Part shown: positions 1 to 12,600 of the stretch, one piece after another | Numbering within the stretch: the stretch's first letter is position 1 | How the letters are laid out: the number at the start of each line of letters is the position of its first letter | Source: Utricularia gibba | Lineage: Eukaryota; Plantae; Magnoliophyta | DNA length: 64,000 nt | Direction: 5' to 3' | Assembly (NCBI GenBank): GCA_002189035.1 | Contig: NEEC01000019.1 | Location: forward strand, 310,001 to 374,000 | Notes under the pieces: generated by a model | Databases searched by the model: none | Seen by the model: only the letters and a program-made list of their open reading frames with translations | Told to the model about the DNA's origin: nothing | Program-made: the position numbers and the translations under genes

Positions 1-3000
1 TCCTTCGATAGTTTAATGCCCACTTCCTCCATGAAGACCATAGTGGTCCTGCGACTGACTTCCAATTTCAAGCGTTCGAATATGAGCTTTTGAATCAGAC
101 CTATATAGTCATCAAGGTCTCTGGAGCCTATCTCAAAATTTTCGGAAGCAATGTTGACTCCCTCAGTTTCCCCGATTTGGAGCATAGATTTCCTAGAATC
201 TACAGTAGCATCAAAAAGTTCAGCCATGCTGTTACATCGGTCATACGTTGAATTTGCACCATCCAAATCTTCTCCACAAGTTGAATATCTTTTATCCCGA
301 GCATTGTTTTCCTCTGACTGTTCTAAGAGCTTCCACTTACCTTCCTCAGGGAAGTAATGTAGATACAAAGCTGGAAGCATGTTAACAGCTAGAGGCATTG
401 AGTTTCTTGACTTCAAGTAAAGATATGCATTCAGGTAGTCCTTGTAAGTCTTTTCATGCAGTTGGGTAGCTAAATAATTTAAATCTTCTTTAGAGCCACT
501 ATCAACAGAAGTTGAAGTCAAAGTATTCGTGAAACAATTGCAGGTGCTTTCCTCAAATTGTGAAGAATGCTGATTTTCATAACTGCGATGAGAGCTTTCT
601 CCATCATCAGTAACATTTAAATCTAAATTACCAGATTGTGCCCCCATCTTTACCTGGAGACCTTCAGCCTTTTTAGAAGAACAGTCACTTTTTGAGATGG
701 CATTATCAGACAAGGAGACTGAGCTTGATTCCATTACCTCCACTGTTCTTTCAATTTCACTTGTCACATTTTCCTTTCTCACTTTATTTTCCTTGTCCTT
801 CTTTACCTCCAACTTGTCAATCATGTTTTCAATTACATGGAAGACGCTGTTAACAGCGACTTGGGTGGAATCATCAAGTCCTGTCAATGCATCTAATGCC
901 TGAGAGACACTGAAGCGTTGTGAATCTCCAGAAGATGTTAAAACACCTTCATTCCTCAGGTTTTTTCCTGCATCACTGTCAACTACAGCCTCAGAAGGTG
1001 TTGGATGGACTTCATATAAATTACCTTGATCAGTAACAGAACCATCGGCTTCACCTGAGCCTTCACGCATGTTGGAGAACCCCTGGTTGGAATCTATTAC
1101 CCCTGAAACTTCAGCATTAGAAGCTTGGGGAGGGATACTTCCAGGTGGTTCTTCAAGTCCATCACGTTGTTGCACTTCATTTCGATTCATGTTTTCAAAA
1201 CTAGAAACACCATTTATGTCATCAGCTGTGGATTTCCCGGTAGCATCCATGGAATCCGGAAGAATTTCGAGTTGTTTTTTCACATAGTCCATGCCATTGT
1301 CACTCTTGTGGTCATCTGTGCTGCCGGTTACCCTTCTCTGTTTAAGTTTTTGAAGTACCTCAAAATTCAGGCCTAACGACAAATCAGGAATGTCACCGAG
1401 ACCCTTTTTCGAGTTAAGAATATCAGAGACGGCAGACGTGAGTTTTCCACGCACCTCCTCTGGCACAGCATCATGCAAAGCTTGGAGAAGCGTCTCACCT
1501 TGGCCAACAGCATTAAGCACCTGCCATACACAGTGATCTGTTTAGGCTTTTCAACATCAAATTTGGCACCTCAAGGCAACACAAGGATCTTTTGTAAGCA
1601 TGAAGACGTGGATGAGACAGTGCAGAAATTTTAACCTCTACAGGGAGCCATACAAAAAAAATATAATATTTAAAGACACTAATTGACACACATACCTTCT
1701 TCTTCTGTTCGTCTGATAGAGTGTCAGGTAAGGTCACATCAAGCATATTAAGGGCCACATGCGCAGCCTGTACTACAGGATCAATAGAATTAGATTGGTC
1801 GCCACCATTGGTTGACTCTTCCTCCAATGCTGTACTCGACGTAAATGATTCACGTGTGGTTTTTTTGTATCTGGACTGGACTTTCATGGTCAGATCATCA
1901 GCTGGAAGCATGCCCATCGGAGGAATTGCAGAAATACTATCATTAGGTCTCCGTTGCTTTTCAGCTCTTCCCCTCTTGCTAGGAGCTCCGTTTTCAGAAA
2001 CTGATAATCTCCTTGAAGGACTTATGGTGAGCAGAGAATCTTCCAAAAGAGGGTGGCGACCTTTGAGAAGTCCAAGCTCCACAGCCCCGAGCCACTACAC
2101 AAAATGCATTCTTGGGCATCACTTCGTTAAGCAAAATCACACATCAACAGCAGCTTGTTTACCTCCAGGGCTAAGTGTTGGCACCAAAAGAACGGGAGCT
2201 GAACATCAGGAACCTCTCTGGATGGTGGAAACATACATAGAAGTAAACTTGTATAGGGATTCTCTGCTATCATGTCCTTTGGAACAGAGATCATTGGAGA
2301 TTTTCCAGCACCATTCTGAATGAGCATGCGGAAAATACATCTGTCAAAATTTGAACAGATGGGTAGCCATCTGAACTTTCCATATGCATCAACAGCAGGC
2401 CGTAATAAAAACAAACCATAAGACAAAATTAACTGAAACGAACCTGAATAAAAAGAACAGGAACTTTCACTTTCCAAATCACATCCCGTGTGCTACACAT
2501 AGCATAAAAATCCTCAACTGAATCTACTCCATTTGAAACAACTGAAATTGCTTGGTCAAAATCTTGAATTGAGGATGCTGAAAGAGCCCTTTCAATATTG
2601 AAACCTTTACCCCAACCCTGAAACAGTTCCTGAAGAAAAAGAGAAAAAAATTGACATGAACAAAAACACTTCAAACGAAATCCACAAACTAAAGTTATTT
2701 CTTTCTTAGAATTGAACATAAATGTGGTCGCATCATTCCTATTTGGTCAATTTCGTATCAATAGGGAATATGCATGATGTAACATGAACTTGGACCTCAC
2801 TGATGTACCTTTGAGAGAGATCATGCACAACTGTATACCAGCGATAACTCAGTATGCATATCCATAAAACAAAATATTCACGGAAAGTATACACGCTGCT
2901 AGCCTACGTGCAATCGTGACTCCAAATGAGAAGCTAATAAGGTCTCTGTAAATAAAAAAGGCACCAAAAACGTAGTTAAATCCCAAAAAAGCGCAGATTC

Positions 3001-4285
3001 AAGAACCTTGTTACTCTGAAGTATCCTTATCAAGCCATCTCTTAGCCTCTGGTAATAATCATTCCGATTAACGGATCTAGCTGCTTCCTTTAAGTCAAAG
3101 GGGTTGTCTATGCATGAAGCAGCCGTAAGAGGTGTTTTTTCACCATAGTCCGCCAGGTGCTTTGTCAGCATATTGGCACCATACCCCCAGCCAACTCCCA
3201 AAAATGTCGACAATGGCCTTTTCTTGTTTACAAACTCCACAGCAGTTAGCACATCATCACTATCAGCAGCTGAAAATAGCCTACATAAATGAAGGCACTA
3301 AATACACACAACATTTAAAACAACCAGGATAAATCAGGACAGAAAAATTGTGACTTCATTTCCCAAAATTGATATATATCATATAATTTAGTGAGCACGT
3401 AGGTTTTCCTGATCATTCAACTTGTCCAAAATCAACTCCCTCATGAGAACCATAGTCAGGACAATTCCCTGATTTCAATGGGCAACTTCAAAAGATCAAA
3501 CGAGCTGCGAAACAAGATTCAATCAAATACGAAAATCTCTAACCTTGCAGTGGTCAATGGTGAGTCTGCACATCCTCTTGGATTCATGACAACTGGAAAA
3601 GTTCCTCTTTTTAAACACTCGGACACAAACAGCTTGATCTCTTTCTCCTTACTACCTTCAGCAGTTCCAGGAACAATGAACACGGTAGTATCCAACCCAG
3701 TTTCATCCTCCATGTCCAAATTCGCCGGCCAATCCAATGACAAGACTCCCCATCGCTCGCCACCACACAGATCCTCTGATACTCAACATCCTCATGAATA
3801 TCACTATCGCCTTTCAGCACCCCAATCATTCTGCCCGAGTTTATTTTCACATAATGGCCATTCTCTTCGATAATCTTGGAATTCTCATCTCCGGGGAAAC
3901 AAATAGAAGGGCAACGCAACGTTGCGAATCGATTAAACGGGGTGGGACTGGTGAAAAGGATCCATTCCCCGAGATCGCTGCTGAAACTCGCGATACCCGT
4001 GGGATTCAGAAGCAATTTAGATGAATTAGAATAGAAAAAGAGCGCAAGACCCGATACTAGACCCAACGCCGGAGCTACATAATCGAAAGAGTTTGCCGAT
4101 GAAATTTGCGAAAGCAAACTATGAAAGAGGTCCTCAAATGGCGACGGAGTGGGGTTCAAGAGGCAACGCACATTATTAGTCTTGATACGGCGACTTTTCC
4201 AGGCGCGGCGGTACGTATGAGGAAGGATGAATTGCGGTCGACAAGTCGGAGGAGGGGGCAAAGCCAATCCGAGAAAAATGCTCAT
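1..4285 (-). CDS. Alpha/beta-hydrolase (ABHD/EMB8-like) protein of the At2g03140 'CAAX protease fusion' type; 3' end outside the window. Exons 4285-3544 (1-nt frameshift at 3748-3751), 3280-3007, 2629-2444, 2315-2163, 2094-1696, 1520-<1
   Basis: All five introns have GT..AG ends and compatible phases. Motifs: SLDWPANL, VMNPRGCADSPLTTARLFSAADSDD, GVGWGYGANMLTKHL (GxGxG nucleophile region), WLGAVELGLLKGRHPLL, FSVSQALDALTGLDDSTQVAVNSVFHVIENMI. Exon 1 is 742 nt but needs 743. Confidence 0.9.
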
Positions 4286-4514
4286 TTTCGACGTCGCGGT
4301 TGGCCGGAATCTGTCGGCGACGGCAGCGGAAGTGCATTATGTCGGAGACGGCGGAAGAAAGAGTCGTCCATATGTACGGTGAAGATCGTCGTAGAGGAGA
4401 AACGCATCAGGAAGTAGACGAGTGGCGCGCGTTTAACCGTTGAGAGCAAATTTTTCAATTAGCGGGACCTACCCTGGTTCCTAGGCCCTTTATTTTTACC
4501 CCACCCAATTTATT

Positions 4515-4566
4515 TTTCGGCCCTTTGAGCCATGAAATAACAGTAATGGGCCTCGTAAGCCCATCA
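4515..4566. promoter_or_regulatory. Site II-like (TGGGCY/GGCCC) cluster in the proximal promoter of the hydrolase gene
   Basis: GGCCC, TGGGCC and AGCCCA lie within about 50 bp, 230-280 bp upstream of the ATG at 4285. Confidence 0.5.
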
Positions 4567-4780
4567 ACTTCCAGGAAGCAGACTTATATCTAGGCATGAC
4601 GTGTTGGTCCCGGTTCGGGTTTCATTTGGACCATAATTTTCAAATTTTTTAAATCTTTTTCTTATAATTCACGGCTGGATAGATATCCTAAGGCTTAAAA
4701 TAATGTGACGGTGGAGTTTTTGCTTTTCAAATATTGTAATGATATACTTAGGGAGAACATGGAATATTGAATCTCCTAAA

Positions 4781-4979
4781 GGTTGTGTTTGATAGCCGGC
4801 TAAAATTATACAAGTATATATTTTTCTGATATAAATTTATCTATAATATTAAGATAAAATTAAGTAGTGATGGTGATAAAGACAAATGCATAATTATAGT
4901 AAAAAAAGATATATTGGAAAGAACTTATATTGATTACTAAACACAAATTCTATATCTATATCAATTACCAAACACAACC
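4781..4979. mobile_element. Tourist-like (PIF/Harbinger) MITE, 199 bp
   Basis: TIRs GGTTGTGTTTGATA / TACCAAACACAACC, AT-rich interior, flanks AAA / TAA (degenerate TAA TSD). Confidence 0.7.
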
Positions 4980-6100
4980 TAAAAAGTTATATTAATATTC
5001 TTTATATAATTCTCAATTTTTAAAAACGTGTTAAATTAATAATAATAATCATTATCAAATTCTATAATTTTATAGAATGTATAGATATTTCAATTTAAAA
5101 TCACATCCAGATAATATAAAGAAAAAAGGGTAAATACCACTCAAGAAATATTTTAATAATTTATTTACAGTATTTAAAATTTTGATGAAATTTTGGATTT
5201 TGAATTTTTTGTAAACTAAAATATTCCTAAAATCTATACATTTTCCTCAATATTTATCCATCATTCCACTTTTTTCTTTTTTTTTGAATATTTATAATCC
5301 TTAACTAAGCATTTCTTCGTCATAATTAATCTTGTCAACAATACTCATTTCTCTTTCTCTTTTTTCTAGAAGATGATTTTTTCAAGAAAATTGGTGATAT
5401 ATTATTTTGAAAAAAATAGTTTTAAAATATTATATTTTTAATTCATTTTGTGAAATACTTCATATCACATTATTAGAAGAAAGTCGTTTGAATATTATAT
5501 GTTATTTGAATTGAATAAAAACGTAATATAAGTTTACAATTGAAAAATAAGAGTTACTCGATCAAAATGGAAAAACTAAAAATGAAATCCAAAAAATTCT
5601 TTTTTCATTTGAACTTTGTGTATCATTAATTCTACTGTTATATTAAGTTACTTATAATGTATCTCCTATTCTGACACTATAGCAATCATGTTTTCTTTTA
5701 TCAATCGTAATTGCGTGCCACATACTAAGATTTATCATTAGATATCTGTGTTCTTCCGAAAATCAAGTAGAATGCCATTTTGATAAGATCTCAATTATTC
5801 TTTTGTGGTGCCTCCTTTCTCCACTTTTCTCCATGAATTCACCTTTAACAATATTGAAACATAATTAAACTAAAAATATTAGATAAAATCTAATTAAGAC
5901 AATTATCTTCATCTAAATAAAACTAAAATGTATATTTTAAATAAATAACTTTAATTATATTTAGAAAATGACTTAAAAGATGATATCAAAATTACACATA
6001 ACAATACTTTTGTTTCATGTTATTTCAAGCATCTTTTTATCCTATTAAGCATCTAAATTCATACAGTTAGAATTATCATTTGTGTAACAGCCAACTATCC

Positions 6101-6465
6101 TCAATATCTTCATCACAATCTTCTGCCCAAAATATGTCCGACTTGCTCCTCAAAAAACAGATTCGTATTTTAAAAGTAAAGCTTCTTGTATGCAAGAAAA
6201 CGTGGAACTCATGGACCTTTTAGCATAGTACCATGAATGGTTTATGCTTAATGGTCATGTGTTATAATCCTGTTAGAAGAGATTTCACATTATAAACGTT
6301 TTCAGGCATAACTTACCTTTTAAAAAACATGTGCAACTTGTGTTTTGACATGATACATATTCATAACTTTTTGAGATAAGTTGATGCAACATTTGATAGT
6401 ACAAGGCTTGATGAATACCAAAAAAACTCCTCTTCCCACTACTCAAGATTGTGTCAAGGAAGGAC
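6101..6465 (+). mobile_element. Internally deleted, decayed PIF/Harbinger transposase fragment
   Basis: 6101-6260 aligns by eye with the transposase 5' end at 44249-44460 (TCAATATCTTCATCACAATCT vs TCAATGTCTTCATCACAATCT; ATGCTTAATGGTCATG vs ATGCTTAATGGACATG). 6272-6465 aligns with its 3' end at 45260-45450 (AGATTTCAC, CATAACTTTTTGAGATAAGTTGA, CTCCTCTTCCCA). Confidence 0.7.
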
Positions 6466-7934
6466 TAAGTTACGATACATACAATTTGTCGGGTAATCGT
6501 TCAGTAAGGCGTTGGTAAAACTATTATCCAAGCTCTCATTGCATTTTTAACATTTGATTTAAATAGTTTACTGTATCTTTCCCTAATTGAAAGCATAGCT
6601 AAACTTTAAATACTCTACTTTGATTACAAAGATGCAACATAATTTTATTATAATACCAAAAATAAAATAGTAATTTATAGTATATAGTATTCTGCATTCT
6701 ACTTAAAAAACAACTCCTCCTATTTAGTTTTACTAATTCTCTTTTTGAGTAGACTTTATTATGAAAGAAGGTATGTAAAAAAAAAGCTTTAAATGTTGTC
6801 ATTCTAAATCTAACAGCAACAGAAATGCAGGTAATAATTTCAAACTTCATTGGATTGAATGACCCAAACCCAATGGTCGAAGAAGAAAGAACAGGCAAAT
6901 GCAAATGTAGGGATCAAAGCGAGACACGGAGCGAGTGGTGGCAACTTCGTGAAGACTAAGGAAGGCTCCATCGCTGTCGTACTCGCACCAGACACACATA
7001 TCGTGAAAGTAGAAGAGAAGGGAGGTGACGTTTAGTCAGTGGATTTGTATGGAGGGATGGAATCTGGAACATGGAAGCCGCTGTGCGCCATGACGCAGGT
7101 CCCTTTCGGACCGGTGACTTCCAAACCAGTTTCAGACAAACCTCTCCCCTTCCGACCAATTCAATTAATCCTTTTTTCTTCTGTGTTTGAATGGTGGGCG
7201 TTCCAGGCTCCAACGCCTGCTGCTCTTATCCTCTCTCTCCCGCTCATGCCAGCTCAAGAACACGTATCGCCTCTTTTTTATTAAAGGGAGAGGATAAAAA
7301 TATGTGATCCGGAATTCATAGTATCCATCCACAGATGATGGACGGGTGGACTGGACACACACTCCACAGCATCTCACTTTTGGACCACAACACAAGCACA
7401 GGTTCCGGCGGACCAAGATGACCCTCCGCCGATGTCTTCATACTCCGATGTAAAATTAGGTACCCAGGTTTCAGAATGAAATCTAAATTTACAGAACTAG
7501 TTGATCATACGACAAAAAAAAAAAAAATGCCAAATCAAGTAGTATTGTTATAACGATACATATTCCCATTCCACGATATTGTAAATTTCAAATATCCAAT
7601 TTATACAACTTTATGTTTTTTACTTTCAAGTAAAAATCTCATTTAAGATTAAAAAGATTATTCTATTTAAACATCCTGCGCCCATGCATAATCAATATAG
7701 TATATTGTTATTAGATCCCTAATCTTACAATTACCATGTGCTTGATAGACAAGAATTGTATGAATTTAAATGAAATATATTATTTAATACACACATGGAG
7801 ATTTAGAGGATATTAATTATTATAAATTTTAATTATCTAATTGAAAATGATAGTATCAAATTTATAATTAAAATCCGGGTTTTGCATATGATGAAGGTGG
7901 AGGCAATTATGAGTGTGGGTGCCTCTCACTCCAC

Positions 7935-8140
7935 CTACAGGCCTAAATATATGACATTACCAGCCTCTGGCGCAACCCTCCAGTCCACAGCACATAAAGC
8001 AAGCAGATTGTCCCAAATTATGACGCAGCGTTGTTCTTCATTTTCTTGCTGCAGACAACAAATCTTGTTGCGGATTTGATCAACAACAAGGGGTAAGATT
8101 CCCGCTTCACAACACACAATATTGTCCCAATATATTTTTC
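7935..8140 (-). pseudogene. Possible decayed gene fragment (ARM-repeat-like peptide)
   Basis: GC-richer island in AT-rich DNA. The translation WDNIVCCEAGILPLVVDQI...EEQRCVIIWDNLLALC resembles an armadillo repeat; no start or splice support. Confidence 0.25.
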
Positions 8141-9128
8141 TTTTCCTGAATAAAAAATCGGTGGTTACAGAGATATTCCCAATTAGTGAGAAGTCCCCAC
8201 AGAGGCGCACATGTTGGTCGCTATCCTTGCCAGTTAGCATGCATGCAGATTATGTAGCACAAAATATTATTATTTTTTATAATAATAATGATAATAATAA
8301 AAATGCGTGTTCGTAAAAACACGTACAAGATTACAACACAATATATATAAAACCCATTTAAACGGGATGGGTCATGTGGACACGTAAAATCGAAAGGGTT
8401 TATGAGGTGTGTCGCTTCTCGCGACACTTTCAATATGCGTTGGAAATTAGGACGCTTTTTTTTTTTTAAAAAAAAGGTAATTAAATTCAATGATTGGATT
8501 ATTGCTTTAGATTCCAGCACTTTTAGGTTTTGATTTTGTTCTTATTCGTGATGTCTAATGTATTTACATCACGTTACTTGAAATCGCACATGAAAACGGA
8601 CCTTTATATGATGCAATAATTTCGGGTATAATAAATTCGACTTGATAACTAATTTTATTTAATAACTCGTTTTTTATTTTTATATAACAAATTGTTTGAT
8701 GGAATTCAAAAAAATATGAATTCAATTTAATCTCAAATTGAATCCACTATTTAAAAAAAATTATCACGATTGTTACATGGAATTTGTTTTACAATGAATT
8801 ATTACAAACAAGATCTTGGATCAAAATATGTCTTATTTGAGACATATCTCCAAATAAATCAAGATTTGAAGTTGATGTCAGAGCTGATTGCCGATTCTTG
8901 TACCACAATGAAACAAGCCATCATCATTACATTTCAATACAATCAACTTAACTCCTAATTTTCTTCATTTATTAATATCAAAGAACGCCAACGTGACCAA
9001 TTATTAACGCTGATTGGACCGGAAACCATAACGGCGCCGTTTCGATGCGAAGGATGAACCCGCGGTGGTCCAGCTGCGTATGATACTTTTGTAATATTGC
9101 GCTAGTCGCTTGTATCACCACTCCGATG

Positions 9129-9140
9129 TGTCGGTGTCTC
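9129..9140 (+). promoter_or_regulatory. Tandem auxin-response elements TGTCGG+TGTCTC upstream of the SAUR gene; TATA box at about 9227-9234
   Basis: TGTCGGTGTCTC ends 138 bp upstream of the SAUR ATG; TATATAAA lies about 45 bp upstream of the ATG. Confidence 0.65.
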
Positions 9141-9277
9141 CTTCCGGCCCGAAAATAATTATTAATTACTCAGGTAAAAAAAAAAATATATTAATAAAAA
9201 AATGTGCGAATTAATTTGGAGTTGTTTATATAAACTTTGCACATCATTTCTCACGCCCTATCAATCAAGCCAAGCCA

Positions 9278-9624
9278 ATGGCCAAAGGAGGCAAGCTCGG
9301 GAAGCTCAAGTCCGTCCTCAAGAAAATGCAGTCCCTGAAACTCGGCCGCGCGGGGGTGGCGGCGGCGCCTCCACGGTGGTATCCGAATCGACAGCCAAGG
9401 ACCTCCACATCGTCTACGTCGGCAAGTCGCGGCGGCGGTATCTCATTTCCTCCGACGTGTTGGAAAATCCGCTCTTCCGGGAGGTCGTCCACCGGCACCA
9501 CGATGACGCGTCGATAACCGTCGCCTGCGAGGTGGTGCTGTTCGAGCACCTCCTCTGGATGCTCGAAAACTCCGATCTCCAGCCGGAATCGCTCGACGAG
9601 CTCGCTCAATTCTACGCCTGCTGA
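9278..9624 (+). CDS. SAUR: Small auxin-up RNA protein, SAUR76/77/78 clade, intronless; 1-nt frameshift in the G-run at 9352-9356
   Basis: N-terminus MAKGGKLGKLKSVLKKM. C-terminus DLHIVYVGKSRRRYLISSDVLENPLFRE...VACEVVLFEHLLWMLENSDLQPESLDELAQFYAC* is in another frame. One extra G gives a 115-aa ORF. Confidence 0.92.
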
Positions 9625-12600
9625 CGACGGCCATCCCAAGTCGTATAGTTTTTCTGTACGTATCAATAATGTGGTGATTGGCTGGTGTAGAAGGGAACGA
9701 GATGACGGGGGACGGTGCCTTAATTTACTCATTTCGCACAGCTAATCTTACATTAGGCCTTAATCAAATATGGGTTCATTCGTCCGATCAAACTTCACAG
9801 TCCAGTGCCCCAACTTCTTTCAGTTATAAATTCATCGGACGCGGTAACTTGGGTGTAGTGCACACAATTACAGCACCCACAATCGCAATCAAAACTGTAA
9901 AAAAAAAAAAAAAAAACTCGGTTAAGAAATGCTTCAAAACCCTCTCAAGAGCAAGCTGTCATGGTTACAGGTACAAGGTCATTACTTCCTTTTTTTAACT
10001 CTTTTCTTTGGAAGGTGTCAAGCTGCCAGGAAACTTCTAGCTGTACTATTAAATGTTGCAACATCTCATATCTCCTTTACAAAAATTACCCGTACCACTA
10101 AGAGTATTCTCTGTTACTCTTGCAACTATGCATCCAGGGGTTACTTTTTTTTTACTCGTTGAGGGGTTTGTTGGACTTGGTGAGGGAAGCGCATAACTAG
10201 GTGGGATGTCTGAGGTAGAGATGAGGGTGTAAAGGAGAAGAGGGGCAGGCTCATGTGTGGTGTGGGGCATGTCGAGGTCTTTTGAGTTGTGTCCTCAAAT
10301 CAGGCTCACAAATCTCTTCTCTTCTGCTGTTCAATCAAAATAGCGTGGAGGCCCCCTCCCTCACCCACCACCTTAACCCACTCTAGAGTCACATCAGATC
10401 ATGGGACATTGTCTCCAAATCTTATATTCTACCCAGAGCATACACCTTTCAACCCATCATCTACAACCACCTCATAAGCCTGCGCAAGACCTGCTTCTTT
10501 GTCACCTTGAGGTTCTCCCATTTTCACAGGATGATCACGTTCACTTATTCTGTGCTACGTTGCACTACACTGGGATTACGTGTAGACTTCAGGCTCGCTG
10601 TGGGCATATCATGTCCATTGCATCTGGAACCCAATCCAAGCCAAGAATTAATTCAATCCCATCACACTCCACCCTGGCCTGAACTTCTTCATCCCCTGTG
10701 ACCTGTCCATGTCCCCCACATTAATTGTTCCCTGCACCTCACAGGAATGGCATATTCCCTCTGCTCGGAAATGTTTTTCTTTTTTCAGGTTGAAAAACAC
10801 CATGAAAGAGCAATGTCGAAAGGAAGTAGGTACTGGATCAGAAACAAAGCAGCGGGGGATCAAAGCCCCAGGCTGAGAAGAAGTGGGTGCGAAGTAGTTG
10901 TTGGACCAAATGCGAGCACGACAGACAGGCAGGTGAATGACGACATGATTTCAGTAGCAAGTGGCCTTGTGAGTGCTTCCATGCCCTACTTCAGATCATT
11001 TCACGATGTCACATCAGTGTTTTTACAGGCATGCACGGGAACTGAAGGGAAGAAAAGGTATTAAAAGAAAAAATGTAGTCCCATTCCAAATCGAACACTA
11101 GGGTTTGGCGAAACTTGTGTGGACGGTATATAATATAAGGGATTATTTGGTGAGGTGATTTAATTAATAATATATTCGAATTATTTATTTTTAATAAATA
11201 AATCTATATTATATTTTATATAAAAAGTTTTAAATATATATATTTAAAATAATATTATATTCGACATATTCATCCAAAGTAGATAAAAAAAATTAAATTA
11301 AAATTTAAGAACTATTGAAAGAATTATACAAATAGATATAGTTCTTTAACATAAAGTCTGTCAAAATACTCCAAAAGATTTCTTTTTTTAAAAAAGAAAA
11401 AGAAAAAGAAAAAGAAAAAGAAGAATAGATTTAGATGTGTGGTAAGATGGGATGATGGATGGTATGTCTCGAGGAATCATTAGAAGGGAAGCGGGAGAGA
11501 GCGCTTTCAAAGAAGGATTGGGATCTGGTTTGTGCTGGTCAAGGATGATAATATTGGGTTGGGTGGCAAAGCATTGCTTCCTTAAACCAGGCCATTTAAT
11601 GAAACCAGGCAGGGCAGGGCAGCAGCACACCACACCTAATTAGTCTTCTAAAGGGCGTAAATATAAGCCATTGGGTGGTGTCGTGTGTTCGGACCACTTG
11701 GTCTATAATTGCGCAAGCCATTCGGTACACTGACTCCCGTCCCGAGTCTGGTCCCCGTAGCCGTCCCGTATATACCACCACACTGTCAGGAATTAGGATT
11801 AGCGCGTGAAAAAAACATGGGAATTCTGGGCATTACTGTTGGTAAATAAGCTATTGCACCCTAATCCAAATGCTGCGAAGAATGATGAAAGACAAGAAGA
11901 TTATGTTCAGGATCTCTCCTACTTGTATTATTTGGGTATCTAGTAACAAACAATCTTTTCTTTAATGTCATACTTTTTTTGTAATTAAACTTTTTGGAAT
12001 ACAATCGTCAAGGACTTCTTGCCCCCAAAATCCCTCATTTCTTCTTACAATTTTTCATTCTTGTTACCACAGATTTACTGATTCAAACATAGTTGCTTTG
12101 ACAAAATGTCAGGTTATTCACCTTTTGCAAATATGGCGATGACCCTTATGTGGTTCTAAATTCTGATTCACCAAATATGGCTTTGGTTCCAAACTTATTG
12201 ACGTCCACTAATTACCTACATTGGTCGTGCAGTGCAAAACTAGCTTTACTTGCATGGTACCAGTATGTATTTGTCATTGGAGTTCTTCCCCATCCCTGAA
12301 GCATGACCAAACTCATAATCTGTGGGAAAGGATATATGCTATGCTGCTATCAATGTTGCTACATTCTATTTCCCCTGAGTTATTTACTAGTTTTAGAGCA
12401 TGCAAAACATCACATGAACTTTGGGAGATTGTGGAGAATCATTTTGGTATGAGTAATTCTACTCTTGTTTTTAAAATTATGTTGGAGATGTTCAACTTAT
12501 GATAGGATCAACTATCCCTTCTAGAATATTATTCTCGGTTGAAAACTTATTGGAATGGTCTTGATACTTTGTTATTGGAAACATTTAGACATTGTAAAAG

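Noticed and set aside
151-2323. Plus-strand ORFs of up to 200 aa over the hydrolase gene
   Set aside because: They are antisense shadows of real minus-strand exons and have no recognisable motifs.
11388-11425. (AAAAAG)5 repeat
   Set aside because: Ordinary microsatellite.
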